In this document: in pieces, positions 50,301 through 61,819 of the stretch
Numbering within the stretch: position 1 is the first letter of the stretch
Layout: each line of letters starts with the position of its first letter
Position numbers and translations under genes: made by a program
The notes under the pieces: model-generated
What the model saw: the letters and a program-made list of their open reading frames with translations, nothing else
What the model was told of the DNA's origin: nothing
Database searches by the model: none
Origin: Octopus sinensis
Taxonomy: Eukaryota
Assembly (NCBI RefSeq): GCF_006345805.1
Contig: NC_043008.1
Span: forward strand, 49,166,001-49,230,000
DNA length: 64,000 nucleotides
Direction of reading: 5' to 3'

Positions 50301-52925
50301 GCACGTAAAAAGCACCATTTGAGCGTGGTCAATGCCAGTGCCGCCTGACAGGCTCCTGTGCCAGTGGCACGTAAAAAGCACCATTTGAGCGTGGTCAATG
50401 CCAGTGCCGCCTGACAGGCTCCTGTGCCAGTGGTACGTAAAAAGCACCATTTGAGCGTGGTCAATGCCAGTGCCGCCTGACAGGCTCCTGTGCCAGTGGC
50501 ACGTAAAAAGCACCATTCGAGCGTGGTCAATGCCAGTGCCGCCTGACAGGCTCCTGTGCCAGTGGTACGTAAAAAGCACCATTCGAGCGTGGTCAATGCC
50601 AGTGCCGCCTGACAGGCTCCTGTGCCAGTGGTACGTAAAAAGCACCATTTGAGCGTGGTCAATGCCAGTGCCGCCTGACAGGCTCCTGTGCCAGTGGCAC
50701 GTAAAAAGCACCATTCGAGCGTGGTCAATGCCAGTGCCGCCTGACAGGCTCCTGTGCCAGTGGTACGTAAAAAGCACCATTCGAGCGTGGTCAATGCCAG
50801 TGCCGCCTGACAGGCTCCTGTGCCAGTGGCACGTAAAAAGCACCATTCGAGCGTGGTTAATGCCAGTGCCGCCTGACAGGCTCCTGTGCCAGTGGCACGT
50901 AAAAAGCACCATTTGAGCGTGGTCAATGCCAGTGCCGCCTTTCAGGCTCCTGTGCCAGTGGTACGTAAAAAGCACCATTCGAGCGTGGTCAATGCCAGTG
51001 CCGCCTGACAGGCTCCTGTGCCAGTGGCACGTAAAAAGCACCATTCGAGCGTGGTCAATGCCAGTGCCGCCTGACAGGCTCCTGTGCCAGTGGCACGTAA
51101 AAAGCACCATTCGAGCGTGGTCAATGCCAGTGCCGCCTGACAGGCTCCTGTGCCAGTGGCACGTAAAAAGCACCATTCGAGCGTGGTCAATGCCAGTACC
51201 GCCTGACAGGCTCCTGTGCCAGTGGCACGTAAAAAGCACCATTCGAGCGTGGTCAATGCCAGTGCCGCCTGACAGGCTCCTGTGCCAGTGGCACGTAAAA
51301 AGCACCATTCGAGCGTGGTCAATGCCAGTGCCGCCTGACAGGCTCCTGTGCCAGTGGTACGTAAAAAGCACCATTCGAGCGTGGTCAATGCCAGTGCCGC
51401 CTGACAGGCTCCTGTGCCAGTGGTACGTAAAAAGCACCATTCGAGCGTGGTCAATGCCAGTGCCGCCTGACAGGCTCCTGTGCCAGTGGTACATAAAAAG
51501 CACCATTTGAGCGTGGTCAATGCCAGTGCCGCCTGACAGGCTCCTGTGCCAGTGGTACGTAAAAAGCACCATTTGAGCGTGGTCAATGCCAGTGCCGCCT
51601 GACAGGCTCCTGTGCCAGTGGTACGTAAAAAGCACCATTCGAGCGTGGTCAATGCCAGTACCGCCTTTCAGGCTCCTGTGCCAGTGGTACGTAAAAAGCA
51701 CCATTCGAGCGTGGTCAATGCCAGTGCCGCCTGACAGGCTCCTGTGCCAGTGGTACGTAAAAAGCACCATTCGAGCGTGGTCAATGCCAGTGCCGCCTGA
51801 CAGGCTCCTGTGCCAGTGGTACGTAAAAAGCACCATTCGAGCGTGGTCAATGCCAGTGCCGCCTGACAGGCTCCTGTACCAGTGGTACGTAAAAAGCACC
51901 ATTCGAGCGTGGTCAATGCCAGTGCCGCCTGACAGGCTCCTGTGCCAGTGGTACGTAAAAAGCACCATTCGAGCGTGGTCAATGCCAGTGCCGCCTGACA
52001 GGCTCCTGTACCAGTGGTACGTAAAAAGCACCATTTGAGCGTGGTCAATGCCATTGCCGCCTGACAGGCTCCTGTGCCAGTGGTACATAAAAAGCACCAT
52101 TTGAGCGTGGTCAATGCCAGTGCCGCCTGACAGGCTCCTGTGCCAGTGGTACGTAAAAAGCACCATTTGAGCGTGGTCAATGCCAGTGCCGCCTGACAGG
52201 CTCCTGTGCCAGTGGTACGTAAAAAGCACCATTTGAGCGTGGTCAATGCCAGTGCCGCTGACAGGCTCCTGTGCCAGTGGTACGTAAAAAGCACCATTTG
52301 AGCGTGGTCAATGCCATTGCCGCCTGACAGGCTCCTGTGCCAGTGGTACATAAAAAGCACCATTTGAGCGTGGTCAATGCCAGTGCCGCCTGACAGGCTC
52401 CTGTGCCAGTGGTACATAAAAAGCACCATTTGAGCGTGGTCAATGCCAGTGCCGCCTGACAGGCTCCTGTGCCAGTGGTACATAAAAAGCACCATTCGAG
52501 CGTGGTCAATGCCAGTGCCGCCTGACAGGCTCCTGTGCCAGTGGTACGTAAAAAGCACCATTTGAGCGTGGTCAATGCCAGTGCCGCCTTTCAGGCTCCT
52601 GTGCCAGTGGTACGTAAAAAGCACCATTCGAGCATGGTCAATGCCAGTGCCGCCTGACAGGCTCCTGTGCCAGTGGTACGTAAAAAGCACCATTCGAGCG
52701 TGGTCAATGCCAGTGCCGCCTGACAGGCTCCTGTGCCAGTGGTACGTAAAAAGCACCATTTGAGCGTGGTCAATGCCAGTGCCGCCTGACAGGCTCCTGT
52801 GCCAGTGGTACATAAAAAGCACCATTTGAGCGTGGTCAATGCCAGTGCCGCCTGACAGGCTCCTGTGCCAGTGGTACATAAAAAGCACCATTCGAGCATG
52901 GTCAATGCCAGTGCCACCTGACAGG
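44347..52925 (+). repeat. Tandem array of ~130 x 66-bp units derived from the RTE 3' module
   Basis: Unit GTGCCAGTGG(C/T)AC(G/A)TAAAAAGCACCATT(C/T)GAGCGTGGTCAATGCCAGT(G/A)CCGCCT(GA/TT)CAGGCTCCT, repeated head to tail. It runs directly into the element's terminal module GCACCCACTACACTCTAGGAGGGGTTGGCATTAGGAAG at 52951-52988. Confidence 0.97.
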
Positions 52926-53775
52926 CCCCCGTGCTGGTGGCATGTTAAATGCACCCACTACACTCTAGGAGGGGTTGGCATTAGGAAGTACTGGCAACAC
53001 ACATACACACACCCACATATGCACGGACACACACACACACATACATCATCCATACAAACCCAAGAGCTCAAGGTTGGAAAGCAAACTGCTTAACCACACT
53101 GCCATGCCTGCACCTCTCTCAGTAAACCGATTCCTTTAATTTAGTTTTGATTATTGTTTGGAATAGAGCAAACGCACACAAACACTTTCATTAGCTTGAT
53201 GACAGTGGCTTTCATAATGACAGTGTGGTAGTGGTGGTGGTGGTGGTGGTGGTGGCAGCAGCAGTGGTGGCGGCAGAGACGGTGGTGGTGGTGGTGGTGG
53301 TGGTGGTGGTGGTGGTGGTGACAGTGGTGGTGGTTTTGTAAATTGTTTTATAAATCTGCAATTATGGGATTGTGGAACTGCTTGTTAAGCACTTGAAATT
53401 CTTGTCGTCACATGATATTAAAACCTCCGTCTAGAGCAGGAAAGAAGCATGACATGAGATGTTAACTTCAGAACGTGTGTAATTTGAGCACAAATGCCTT
53501 TGCAATAGAAGAATATAGCTTGATTTTAACGTGTGTGTGTGTGTGTGTGTGATTAAACATATCACCATCATCATCATCATCATCATCATCATCATTTTAT
53601 GTCCATTTTCCATACTGAAATTGGTTTCATGGGATTTGAGAAGCCAGAAGACGACCTTGACCTTTAGTCTTCTACTTTGGCCTAGTTTCTGTGGCTGGAG
53701 GCCCTTCCTAATGCCAACCACTTTACAGCATGTGCTGGGTGTACTTTACGTTGCACCAGCACCAGTGAAGTTACC

Positions 53776-53993
53776 TATTTCTTTACTACCCACAAGGGGC
53801 TAAACATAGAGGGGAGACAAACGGATTAAGTCGATTACTTCGACCCCAGTGCGTAACTGGTACTTAATTTATCGACCCCAAAAGGATGAAAGGCAAAGTT
53901 GACCTCGGCGGAATTTGAACTCAGTACGTAACGGCAGATGAAATACCGCTGAGCATTTCGCCCGACATGCTAACGTTTCTACCAGCTCGCTGA
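53776..53993 (-). mobile_element. Nin/Deu-like tRNA SINE nested in an older retroposon tail, 15-bp TSD
   Basis: TSD accagtgaagttacc at 53761-53775 and 53994-54008; the body is the reverse complement of 21581-21799. Confidence 0.85.
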
Positions 53994-55909
53994 ACCAGTG
54001 AAGTTACCATTAATATGCAAGACAAGATCCTTCAACCGTACAGGGGTGCAGAATTGGGGGGGAAGGTGGCTTTGTGCCAGGTGTAAAGTATGGATAGAGG
54101 GGCAGGGACAGGTGTCGTGCTGTAGAGGGGACACATGGCTGCCCCAGCTGGAATGGGATAAAGGATTGTGGAGATGAGATGTCAGGGTGTATCCTCAAGG
54201 TACAAGAAGGTGGATAAAAAGAGAATAGGGGTAAAGAATCAAGGATGGTTGGATGGGTAGGTTCACGATTGTGTGAAAGAAGAGTGACTGATGGTTAGAG
54301 ATGGAAGACAGAGGTGAATGGTAAACATGAGTAGAAATGTGATCTATGGTGCTTACCTTGCGTGTGTGTATTTGTGTCTCTTTGTCTAGACATCACATTT
54401 TGTTGTAAATGAGCATCCCTGTCATACAAGCGGTGTCTTTCACTTCCAATCTTCCATGAAAACATGGGGAGATATTGGTTTCAAATTCGGGCACAAGGCC
54501 AGCAATTTCAAGGGGTGGGTAAGTCGATTACATTGACCCCAGTGCTTAACTGGTACTTTATCCACACCAAAAGGATGAAAGGCAAAGTCAACCCCAGCGG
54601 AATTTGAACTCAGAACGTTATGACAAAAGAAATGTCACTATGCATTTTGCCCTGCACGGTAACAATTCTGCCAGCTTTAACCAACTTTAACATGAGGAAA
54701 TATTAACTTGGGAACCATTGAGGGTTGGCAACAGCAAGAGCATCTGGATGTTGAAAGTCTGCCTCAACAGATTCCATCTAACCCATGCAGGCATGGAAAA
54801 GTGGATGTTAAAATGATGATAATGATGACTCAAGCTCAAAAATGTTATCACAAGGATTTAATACAAGCAACAAAAACAGCACCACTTTTATTGCCCCTCC
54901 CATCGAAAAATGAAAGATCAGGATTTGAACTCATAAATTAAAAGGATGAAAATAAACATTGTAAGAAACTTAATCCGATCTATAAACATTTCTGCTCCAA
55001 GATACAAATATTGAAATATTTGCAGAATATCTAGGAAAGTCACATGACATGCGTTAATGGAAAGAGACATTCCGCAAAATGCAACATAAGTCTTCGTTCG
55101 TGTCAGAATTAGAGACCAACTGTATATTTATGTCGGCAAGTTGTTATTTATTGCATTAGACATGTTAATATTTTAGACGTACAGGGTTAGGGTTTCATTA
55201 AATAACTCAGACGTGAGTCATCAATGACAAGGAAAGGTCTGGCACTTGTGAAAGAAATCAGACAATAAACTTATAATACAAGCAAAACTTTATACATACA
55301 TATATGTGTGTGTGTCTGTCTATTATGGTATATGTAGGTACATATATGCATGTGTGTACATATAAATATTTCTACATACACGCACTCACACACACACACA
55401 TACAAACACACATGCTTGTACATATTTGTACATAGTTACATACATATATATATATATATATATGCTTTGTGAATGGATTTGGTAAAGAGAAACTGAAAGA
55501 AGCCCAATGTGTGTGTGTGTGTTCGTGCATAGCCTTGTCTTGACATCATGATTGTAAATAAGCATCACCACCATACAAGTGGTGTTGTTCATTTCAAGTT
55601 TTCAATATTAAAAACTTGTCTAAGGTGGCCAGCTGGCAGAATCGATAGCATGCTGGGCAAAATGCTTAGCGCCATTTCACCCATCTTCACGTTCTGAGTT
55701 CAAATCCTGCTGAGGTCAACTTTGTTTTTCATCCTTTCAAGGTGAATAAAAGTTTTGCACTGAAGTCAATGTAATCCACTCCCTCAAAATTGCTGGCCTT
55801 GGGCTAAAATTTGAAAGTTGTCTGGTCATGGAGAAATATTACTTTGCTTGGTTAGACTTGGCAACAGGACGGCCATAGAAAAAGTTACCATGATAAACTC
55901 TGACTCTTC

Positions 55910-56292
55910 GTGTGGTAAGTAGCTTGCTTACCAACCACATGGTTCCGGGTTCATTCCCACTGCGTGGCACTATAGCCTCAGCCGACCAAAGCCTTGTGAA
56001 TGGATTTGGTAGATGGAAACTGAAAGAAGCCCGTCATATATATGTATATGTATATATATATATGTGTGTGTGTGTGTGTATGTTTGTCTGTGTTTGTCCC
56101 CCCAACATCGCTTGACAACTGATGGTGATGTGTTTACGTCCCCATAACTTAGCGGTTCGGCAAGAAAGACCGATAGAATAAGTACTAGGCTTACAAAGAA
56201 TAAGTCCTGGAGTCGATTTGCTTGACTAAAGGCGGTACTCCAGCATGGCCACAGTCAAATGACTGAAACGAGTAAAAGAGTAAAAAGAGTAA
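55910..56292 (+). mobile_element. CORE-like tRNA SINE
   Basis: gtggtaagtagcttgcttaccaaccacatggttccgggttcattccc head and an (AGTAAAAG)n tail. Confidence 0.85.
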
Positions 56293-56590
56293 TAAAGACA
56301 GAGATGGTACTCATGATCTTTCACCAAGCCTCCAAGAGACTGGCATTTTCATCTAACACTTTAATAATGGTTCTGACAACGCATTTGCTTCACTAATTAC
56401 ATTAATAAATCTAAAATTCTTCTTTTGTAACAAGGAATTATACCAAATTTTCCAAAATATATCTCTGCATATTTTCCTTTGTGTCAACACTTAAACATTA
56501 CAAGAATCTCTTGAAATGAATCATCATTAAACCATTTTAAGTTTTTTGTGTTTATTTTAGGAACTTTCTAGAAGATTCTTCAGAAAAGTC

Positions 56591-56628
56591 ATGAACAGAA
56601 AAAATATTTTGTCAGTTGGTATCAGTGG
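56591..56628 (+). CDS. NMRK1: Nicotinamide riboside kinase (NRK1/NMRK-like), first coding exon. The exon spans 56561-56628 and the ATG is at 56591.
   Basis: Acceptor tttattttAG at 56559-60. ATG AAC AGA AAA AAT ATT TTG TCA GTT GGT ATC AGT GG|GTAAGA gives MNRKNILSVGISG, matching the human NRK1 N-terminus MKTFIIGISG. The phase-2 donor joins in frame to the exon at 59079. Confidence 0.88.
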
Positions 56629-56790
56629 GTAAGATCTTTTTGTTATTTATGGTTATTTTTTACTTTTATTCATTCGAGTAGCGAGAACAGACAGAATCAT
56701 TTGAGCATCGGAATGCCTCACAAGCATTTGCTCTGATTCTGTGCTCCGTGAGTTCAAATCCAACTAATGTCCCACTTTATGTTTCATCCT

Positions 56791-57049
56791 GTGTGGAAGC
56801 ACCTGGCTTAGTGGTTAGGGTGTCAGCACAATGATCGTAAGATTGTGGTTTCGATTCCTGGACCGGGCGACGCGTTGTGTACTTGAGCAAGACACTTCAT
56901 TTCAATGTTGCTCCAGTCCACTCAGCTGGCAAAAATGAGTAACGCTGTGATGGACTGGCATCCCATGCAGCTGGGGAAAGCATACGCCATAGAAAACGGG
57001 CCCATGAGCCTGGCTAGGCTTTAAAAAGGGTGCATTTATTTATTATTTA
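56791..57049 (+). mobile_element. MetaSINE-like tRNA SINE in the NMRK1 intron, 15-bp TSD
   Basis: A box TGGCTTAGTGG, B box GTTTCGATTCC, a cttgagcaagacact core, a Meta-like ctgtgatggactggcatcccat segment and an (ATTT)n tail. TSD tttatgtttcatcct at 56776-56790 and 57050-57064. Confidence 0.8.
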
Positions 57050-57189
57050 TTTATGTTTCATCCTTGAAGGGTCAACAAAAAATTTCTAAATCCAGGTTTT
57101 GTGGATTGGTTGAACAGTATGAAGCTTAGATCTAATGCCATGTTTGTCCTGGTTCTTTGCATTCTGAGTTCAAATCCTGCCATGGCTTA

Positions 57190-58305
57190 CATGGGTAAAA
57201 GTCTAATTCCTCTCTCGATTTAATACCAAAAACTGTCCGAATGCTTCAATTACTTCTATATTTAAGAATGTTTTATTGCTTATGAAGAGCTCAAAATGCT
57301 TAAATAAGTGATGATTAGTAGGAGAGATATCAAGGGAATAGGGAGAATGTTGCAAAATCACGTAATTCAGGCCTCAAAACTTTTGTACTGTAGCTTGAGT
57401 AAGTGTGAGGACGTGCATTGTCGTGGAGCAAACTTGGGTCATCTCTATTCACCAGTCTGCGTTGCTTCTTTTTCAAATTCTCTTGCATGCAACCAATTTC
57501 CTGGCAATACGATGTTGCTGTTATAGTTTTCCCTTGTTGCAAAAATGAATAATGAATAACTCCCTTTGCAAACCACCATACAGTGACCATTAACTTTTTA
57601 GGGTGCAATGGTGGGTTTGGGTAGTGTTTAGGTGGCTCTCCTGCATTTAATCAAAGTCCTGGTCTCCTGCTGTTGTCAAAGACTATCCATTTCTCATCAC
57701 ATGTAATGATTTGATGTAAAAATGGTTCTTTTTCCAGTCGAGAAAGCAATAAGAAGCACACTTTGAGGCGTCTGTTTTTTAAAATCTCGTTCAGTTGATG
57801 TGGAACAAACCCATCTATTTTCTGGACTTTTCCGATTTTTTTCAAGAGACAAGAAACAGTTGTGTGAAATGTTTGGAATTCTGGTGAAAGTTTTTGGACC
57901 ATTGTTCTCGGATTTTGTTCAACTAAAGCATTTAATCCATCATGCCAAGTAACTGATTTGGCCTCCCCTTGGTTCATTTTTGAGGCTATCATCTCCTGAA
58001 CAAGATCTTTAGAACCATCTCTGAACAGTTCTGATGTCAACAAAACTATTACCAAAGTCCTGCTTGATATTTTGTAGAGCTACTGCGGCAGAGTGACCCA
58101 GTTTGTACTCATACAAGAAAATCACTCAACATTGTTTGGGTTGTTATCATTTCCATAAGGTCTGTGAATACGAATTTTGTATACCAATATTTTTGGGAAA
58201 GAAAGATAGTCAAGATTAAATGCAAGGATATACATAATTGAGACGTTAAATGACCGAAATAACAAGTAATTAAAAATGCGACATTTCATGTGTGACGACC
58301 TAATA
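57190..58305 (-). mobile_element. Degraded mariner transposon in the NMRK1 intron, antisense
   Basis: FVPHQL, IITCDEKWIVFDN, LMVTVWW, LLHDNARPH and HSPYSLDISPTNHHLF motifs, with a TIR-like tattaggtcgtcacacatgaaatgtcgc at the 58305 end. Confidence 0.88.
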
Positions 58306-58355
58306 TCTATCTATCTATCTATCTGATCTATCTATTTAATCTATCTATCTATCTA

Positions 58356-58396
<41 letters not shown>

Positions 58397-58655
58397 ATAT
58401 ATATATATATATATCGAGCTGTCTATCTATCTATCTATCTATCTAACTAGCTAGCTACCTATTTATCTATCCGTCTAGCTATTTATTTATCCATCTATCT
58501 ATTTATCTATCCGTCTAGCTATTTATCTATCTATCTATCTACCTACCTACCTATCTATCTATCTATCTATCTATCTCTCTGTCTGTCTATCTATCTATCT
58601 ATCCATCTAACTTTTTATCTCTGTATCTTATTTTTATCTGTCTGTCTGTCTGTCT
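58304..58655. repeat. (TATC)n/(TGTC)n microsatellite
   Basis: Visible directly. Confidence 0.9.
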
Positions 58656-58963
58656 ACATGTCATAAAAACCCAGTTGAAAGTGTTGGTACCTGATAGAAC
58701 ACTGACACTGAAAGTCATGCCCAAACCATCCCAGCTTAGAAAACATAAAAACAACAACAGCCAACAACAACAGCAACTGCCACCAACAGCAACAGCAACA
58801 ACAGCAACCTTCAGTGTCATTTTGAAAAGTACTCAGCTCTGTGAATAAAATGACACAGTTTCCACCGAGAAACAACGAAATTAGAACACATCTTCAATGG
58901 AAACTAAACATTCTTCTTTACTGCTGTGAGCCACACAGAGAGAAAGAGACACAGACAGATACA

Positions 58964-59014
<51 letters not shown>

Positions 59015-59078
59015 GGAGAGAGACAGAGAGAGAGAGAGCCTTTATTAATTGTTTAATATTGTGACGTTCTTTTTGCAG

Positions 59079-59169
59079 GGCTACAAACAGTGGGAAGTCT
59101 TCTTTGACAAAGAAACTTGCAGAATATTTTCCTAATTCAACCAGTTTCTGTCAAGATGATTACTTTAGA
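59079..59169 (+). CDS. NMRK1: Nicotinamide riboside kinase (NRK1/NMRK-like), second coding exon (P-loop); the gene continues beyond the window
   Basis: ttctttttgcAG acceptor, 91-bp exon and AGA|GTGAGT donor. It translates (G)ATNSGKSSLTKKLAEYFPNSTSFCQDDYFR, against human NRK1 GVTNSGKTTLAKNLQKHLPNCSVISQDDFFK (Walker A GxxxxGKS and the QDDxF motif). Confidence 0.92.
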
Positions 59170-61116
59170 GTGAGTCAATTACTTTACTGTTTGTTTGTTT
59201 TTTTATTGCTTTTCTTTCTCCGCCCCCCCCCCTGCCCCCATCGTTTCAGTCCTTCTTCGGTGTTGCTGTGAAATAAAGCCACTGAAAATACTTATTCTTA
59301 AACCTGGGTAACATATTAAAGTTCATATTTCATAGGGAGGCCCCCACTTCAGAAATATAAGAGTTTTGAGGAGTACAGAGTTAACCCTTTGTCACCCCTA
59401 CTCCCAGAGCTGCTCTGGCCCAAGGTGGTAGTCCCTGTCAAGGGCCCCTGTTTTGGGGTTGAATAACAGAAGATAGTCCTGTGGCTAAGACATGCAGAAC
59501 TCAGAGAAAGCCTGGTCCCTAGACACCTATCACACAGGCTACCAACACGTGGACATGTCTTGATGCCATGTGAACTAATACCCCTAAGGATTAGATAAAC
59601 CCTTTGCCTCAAGGACAAGCTTTAGAGGAAAGGGGACTAGCAGTGTAAACTGTAAATAAACTAGCAAAAGGCAATGGGATCTTTTCTAAGAAAAATCAGG
59701 AGCAGTGTAGTTAAGAAGCTTGTTTTGTAACCACATGGTTCTAGGTTCAATTCCACTGCATGGCACCTTGGGCAAATGTCTTTTACTCTAACCCCAGGCT
59801 GACCAATGACTTGTCAGTGGATTTGGTAAGTGGGAACTGCACTACGGAGGTCCCCTCCTCTGCCACATTCCATTCTGTTCCATCAAATCCTCTCACATAT
59901 CTGCTTTCATTCTCAGCACCCTCTCATAAATGCCATCACATCTCACTCACTACAGCCAATCACCTTATGTGCACCTACATCTCCCTTTTTTCCACCCCTA
60001 CACCTTGCAAATCACTCCCTACCCCGACCTTGATCTGTCCTTGAACCACTTCTATCTCTCACCTTACCCCTCTCCCCACTCCCCACACAGATATTTCCCA
60101 TCAACCCTTTCTCCTCTACCCCCATCTCTCACTCTCCCCTCCATATACTTACGAAAGAACCCCTTCTTTCCTTCCTTCCCTCCTTTGACCCACTGTCTCA
60201 ATCCTTTCTTATACTCATCTTCCTCTCCCCTCAGATATCCTCTTGCACTGGCATCTCTTACCATCTCTATTCTTAGCCACCCCTATTTTATGTACAGTAG
60301 CCCCTGTATCTTCTATGTGGTTTGTCCCTCCATGAAGCTCAGCTTTGGCATAAGCCTTCCTGCCCCTTGAATGCTGCCAAGTAGCAAGATCTTTGTCCCT
60401 ATCCTTTCCCTATCTTGCAATATGTTTGGCAACCTCATTAGTGCTTGTAGCACAAAAACAAAAAAAAAGAGGCCTCCACTACACCCTGTAAAGTGGTTGG
60501 CATTAGGAAGGGCATCCAGCTGTAGAAACCATGCCAAAACTGACATTGGAGCTTAGCACAGACCTGCAGCTTGCCATGTCTTGCCAATCCATCCAGCTAC
60601 TTCCAACATGGAAAATGGACATTAACCCTTTTGTTACCATATTTCTGTCGAGATATTCTATGTTGCTTTCAATTGATTTTAAATTAAAGGCTCAGGTAGG
60701 AATGACCGAAACAGTGGATTCATAAAAATTTGTGAAAGAAAAATAAATTCAAGGAATTGGTAACGCTGTGAGGAACTGGAATTGGACTGAAGTGGTTGAA
60801 GTTGGGCAAAGAATGGAAGCAGAAAATTACAGATGTCTGTGAAAGGGGTAGGAAGAGGGGGGGGTTCTTTCTCCTTTTCTTTGCCTTTTGTCTTAGTCAT
60901 TAGACTGGCCATGCTAGAGCACTGCTTTGAATTTTTAATCGAGTGAATCAACCTCAGTACTTATTCTTTTTTTCTGTTTTTTAAAGCCTGGTACTTATTC
61001 TATCGTTCCCCTTTGCTGAACCACTGAGTCATGAGGACATAACTACACCAACACCTGTACTCAAGCAGTGGTGGGGGCACACACACACACACACACACAT
61101 GCCTCCTTATGTTTCT

Positions 61117-61532
61117 TATTTCTTTACTGCCCACAAGGGGCTAAACACAGAGGGGACAAACAAGGACAGACAAACGGATTAAGTCGATTGTATCGACACC
61201 AGTGCGTAACTGGTACATAATTTATCGACCCCCGAAAGGATGAAAGGCAACGTCGACCTCGGCGGAATTTGAACTCAGAATGTAATGACAGACGAAATAT
61301 CTATTTCTTTACTACCCACAAGGGGCTAATCACAGAGGGGACAAACAAGGACAGACAAATGGATTAAGTCAATTATATCGATCCCAGTGCGTAACTGGTA
61401 CTTATTTAATCGACCCCGAAAGGATGAAAGGCAAAGTTGACCTCGGCGGAATTTGAACTCACAACGTAGCGACAGACGAAATACCACTAAGTATTTCACC
61501 CGGCGTGCTAACAATTCTGCCAGCTCGCCTCC
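61117..61532 (-). mobile_element. Tandem dimer of the Nin/Deu-like SINE
   Basis: Two consecutive bodies (61117-61298 and 61301-61532), flanked by gcctccttatg(t/c)ttctta at ~61101 and ~61527. Confidence 0.8.
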
Positions 61533-61781
61533 TTATGCTTCTTAATGTATCACACCACAGTTGATATATCAATGTGATATGTCCCCTTTGCTGAACCGCT
61601 AAGTCATGAGGACATAACTACACCAAAACCAGTAGTCAAGCAGCAGTGGGGACACACAGACACACACACATATGCCTCCTTATGTTTCTTAATGTATCAC
61701 AGTTAATATATCAATGTGATATATAATTATATATATGTGTGTGTGTGAATATGTGGGTAGGTGTATGTGTGTGTGTGTGTA

Positions 61782-61819
<38 letters not shown>

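Noticed and set aside
48105-52232. 1375-aa (and 737-aa) ORFs as bona fide genes
   Set aside because: They are a by-product of a unit length divisible by three with one stop-free frame. No unique N- or C-terminal domain or splice context supports them, so they are kept only as a low-probability finding.
44347-52925. CRISPR array
   Set aside because: There are no unique spacers: the whole 66-bp unit is repeated. There are no cas genes, the context is eukaryotic, and the unit derives from a retroelement 3' end.
56795-56870. tRNA genes (also 4970-5030, 8075-8140, 21581-21670)
   Set aside because: A and B boxes are present, but there is no complete cloverleaf and each continues into a SINE body, some with clear tails and TSDs. 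They are SINE heads.
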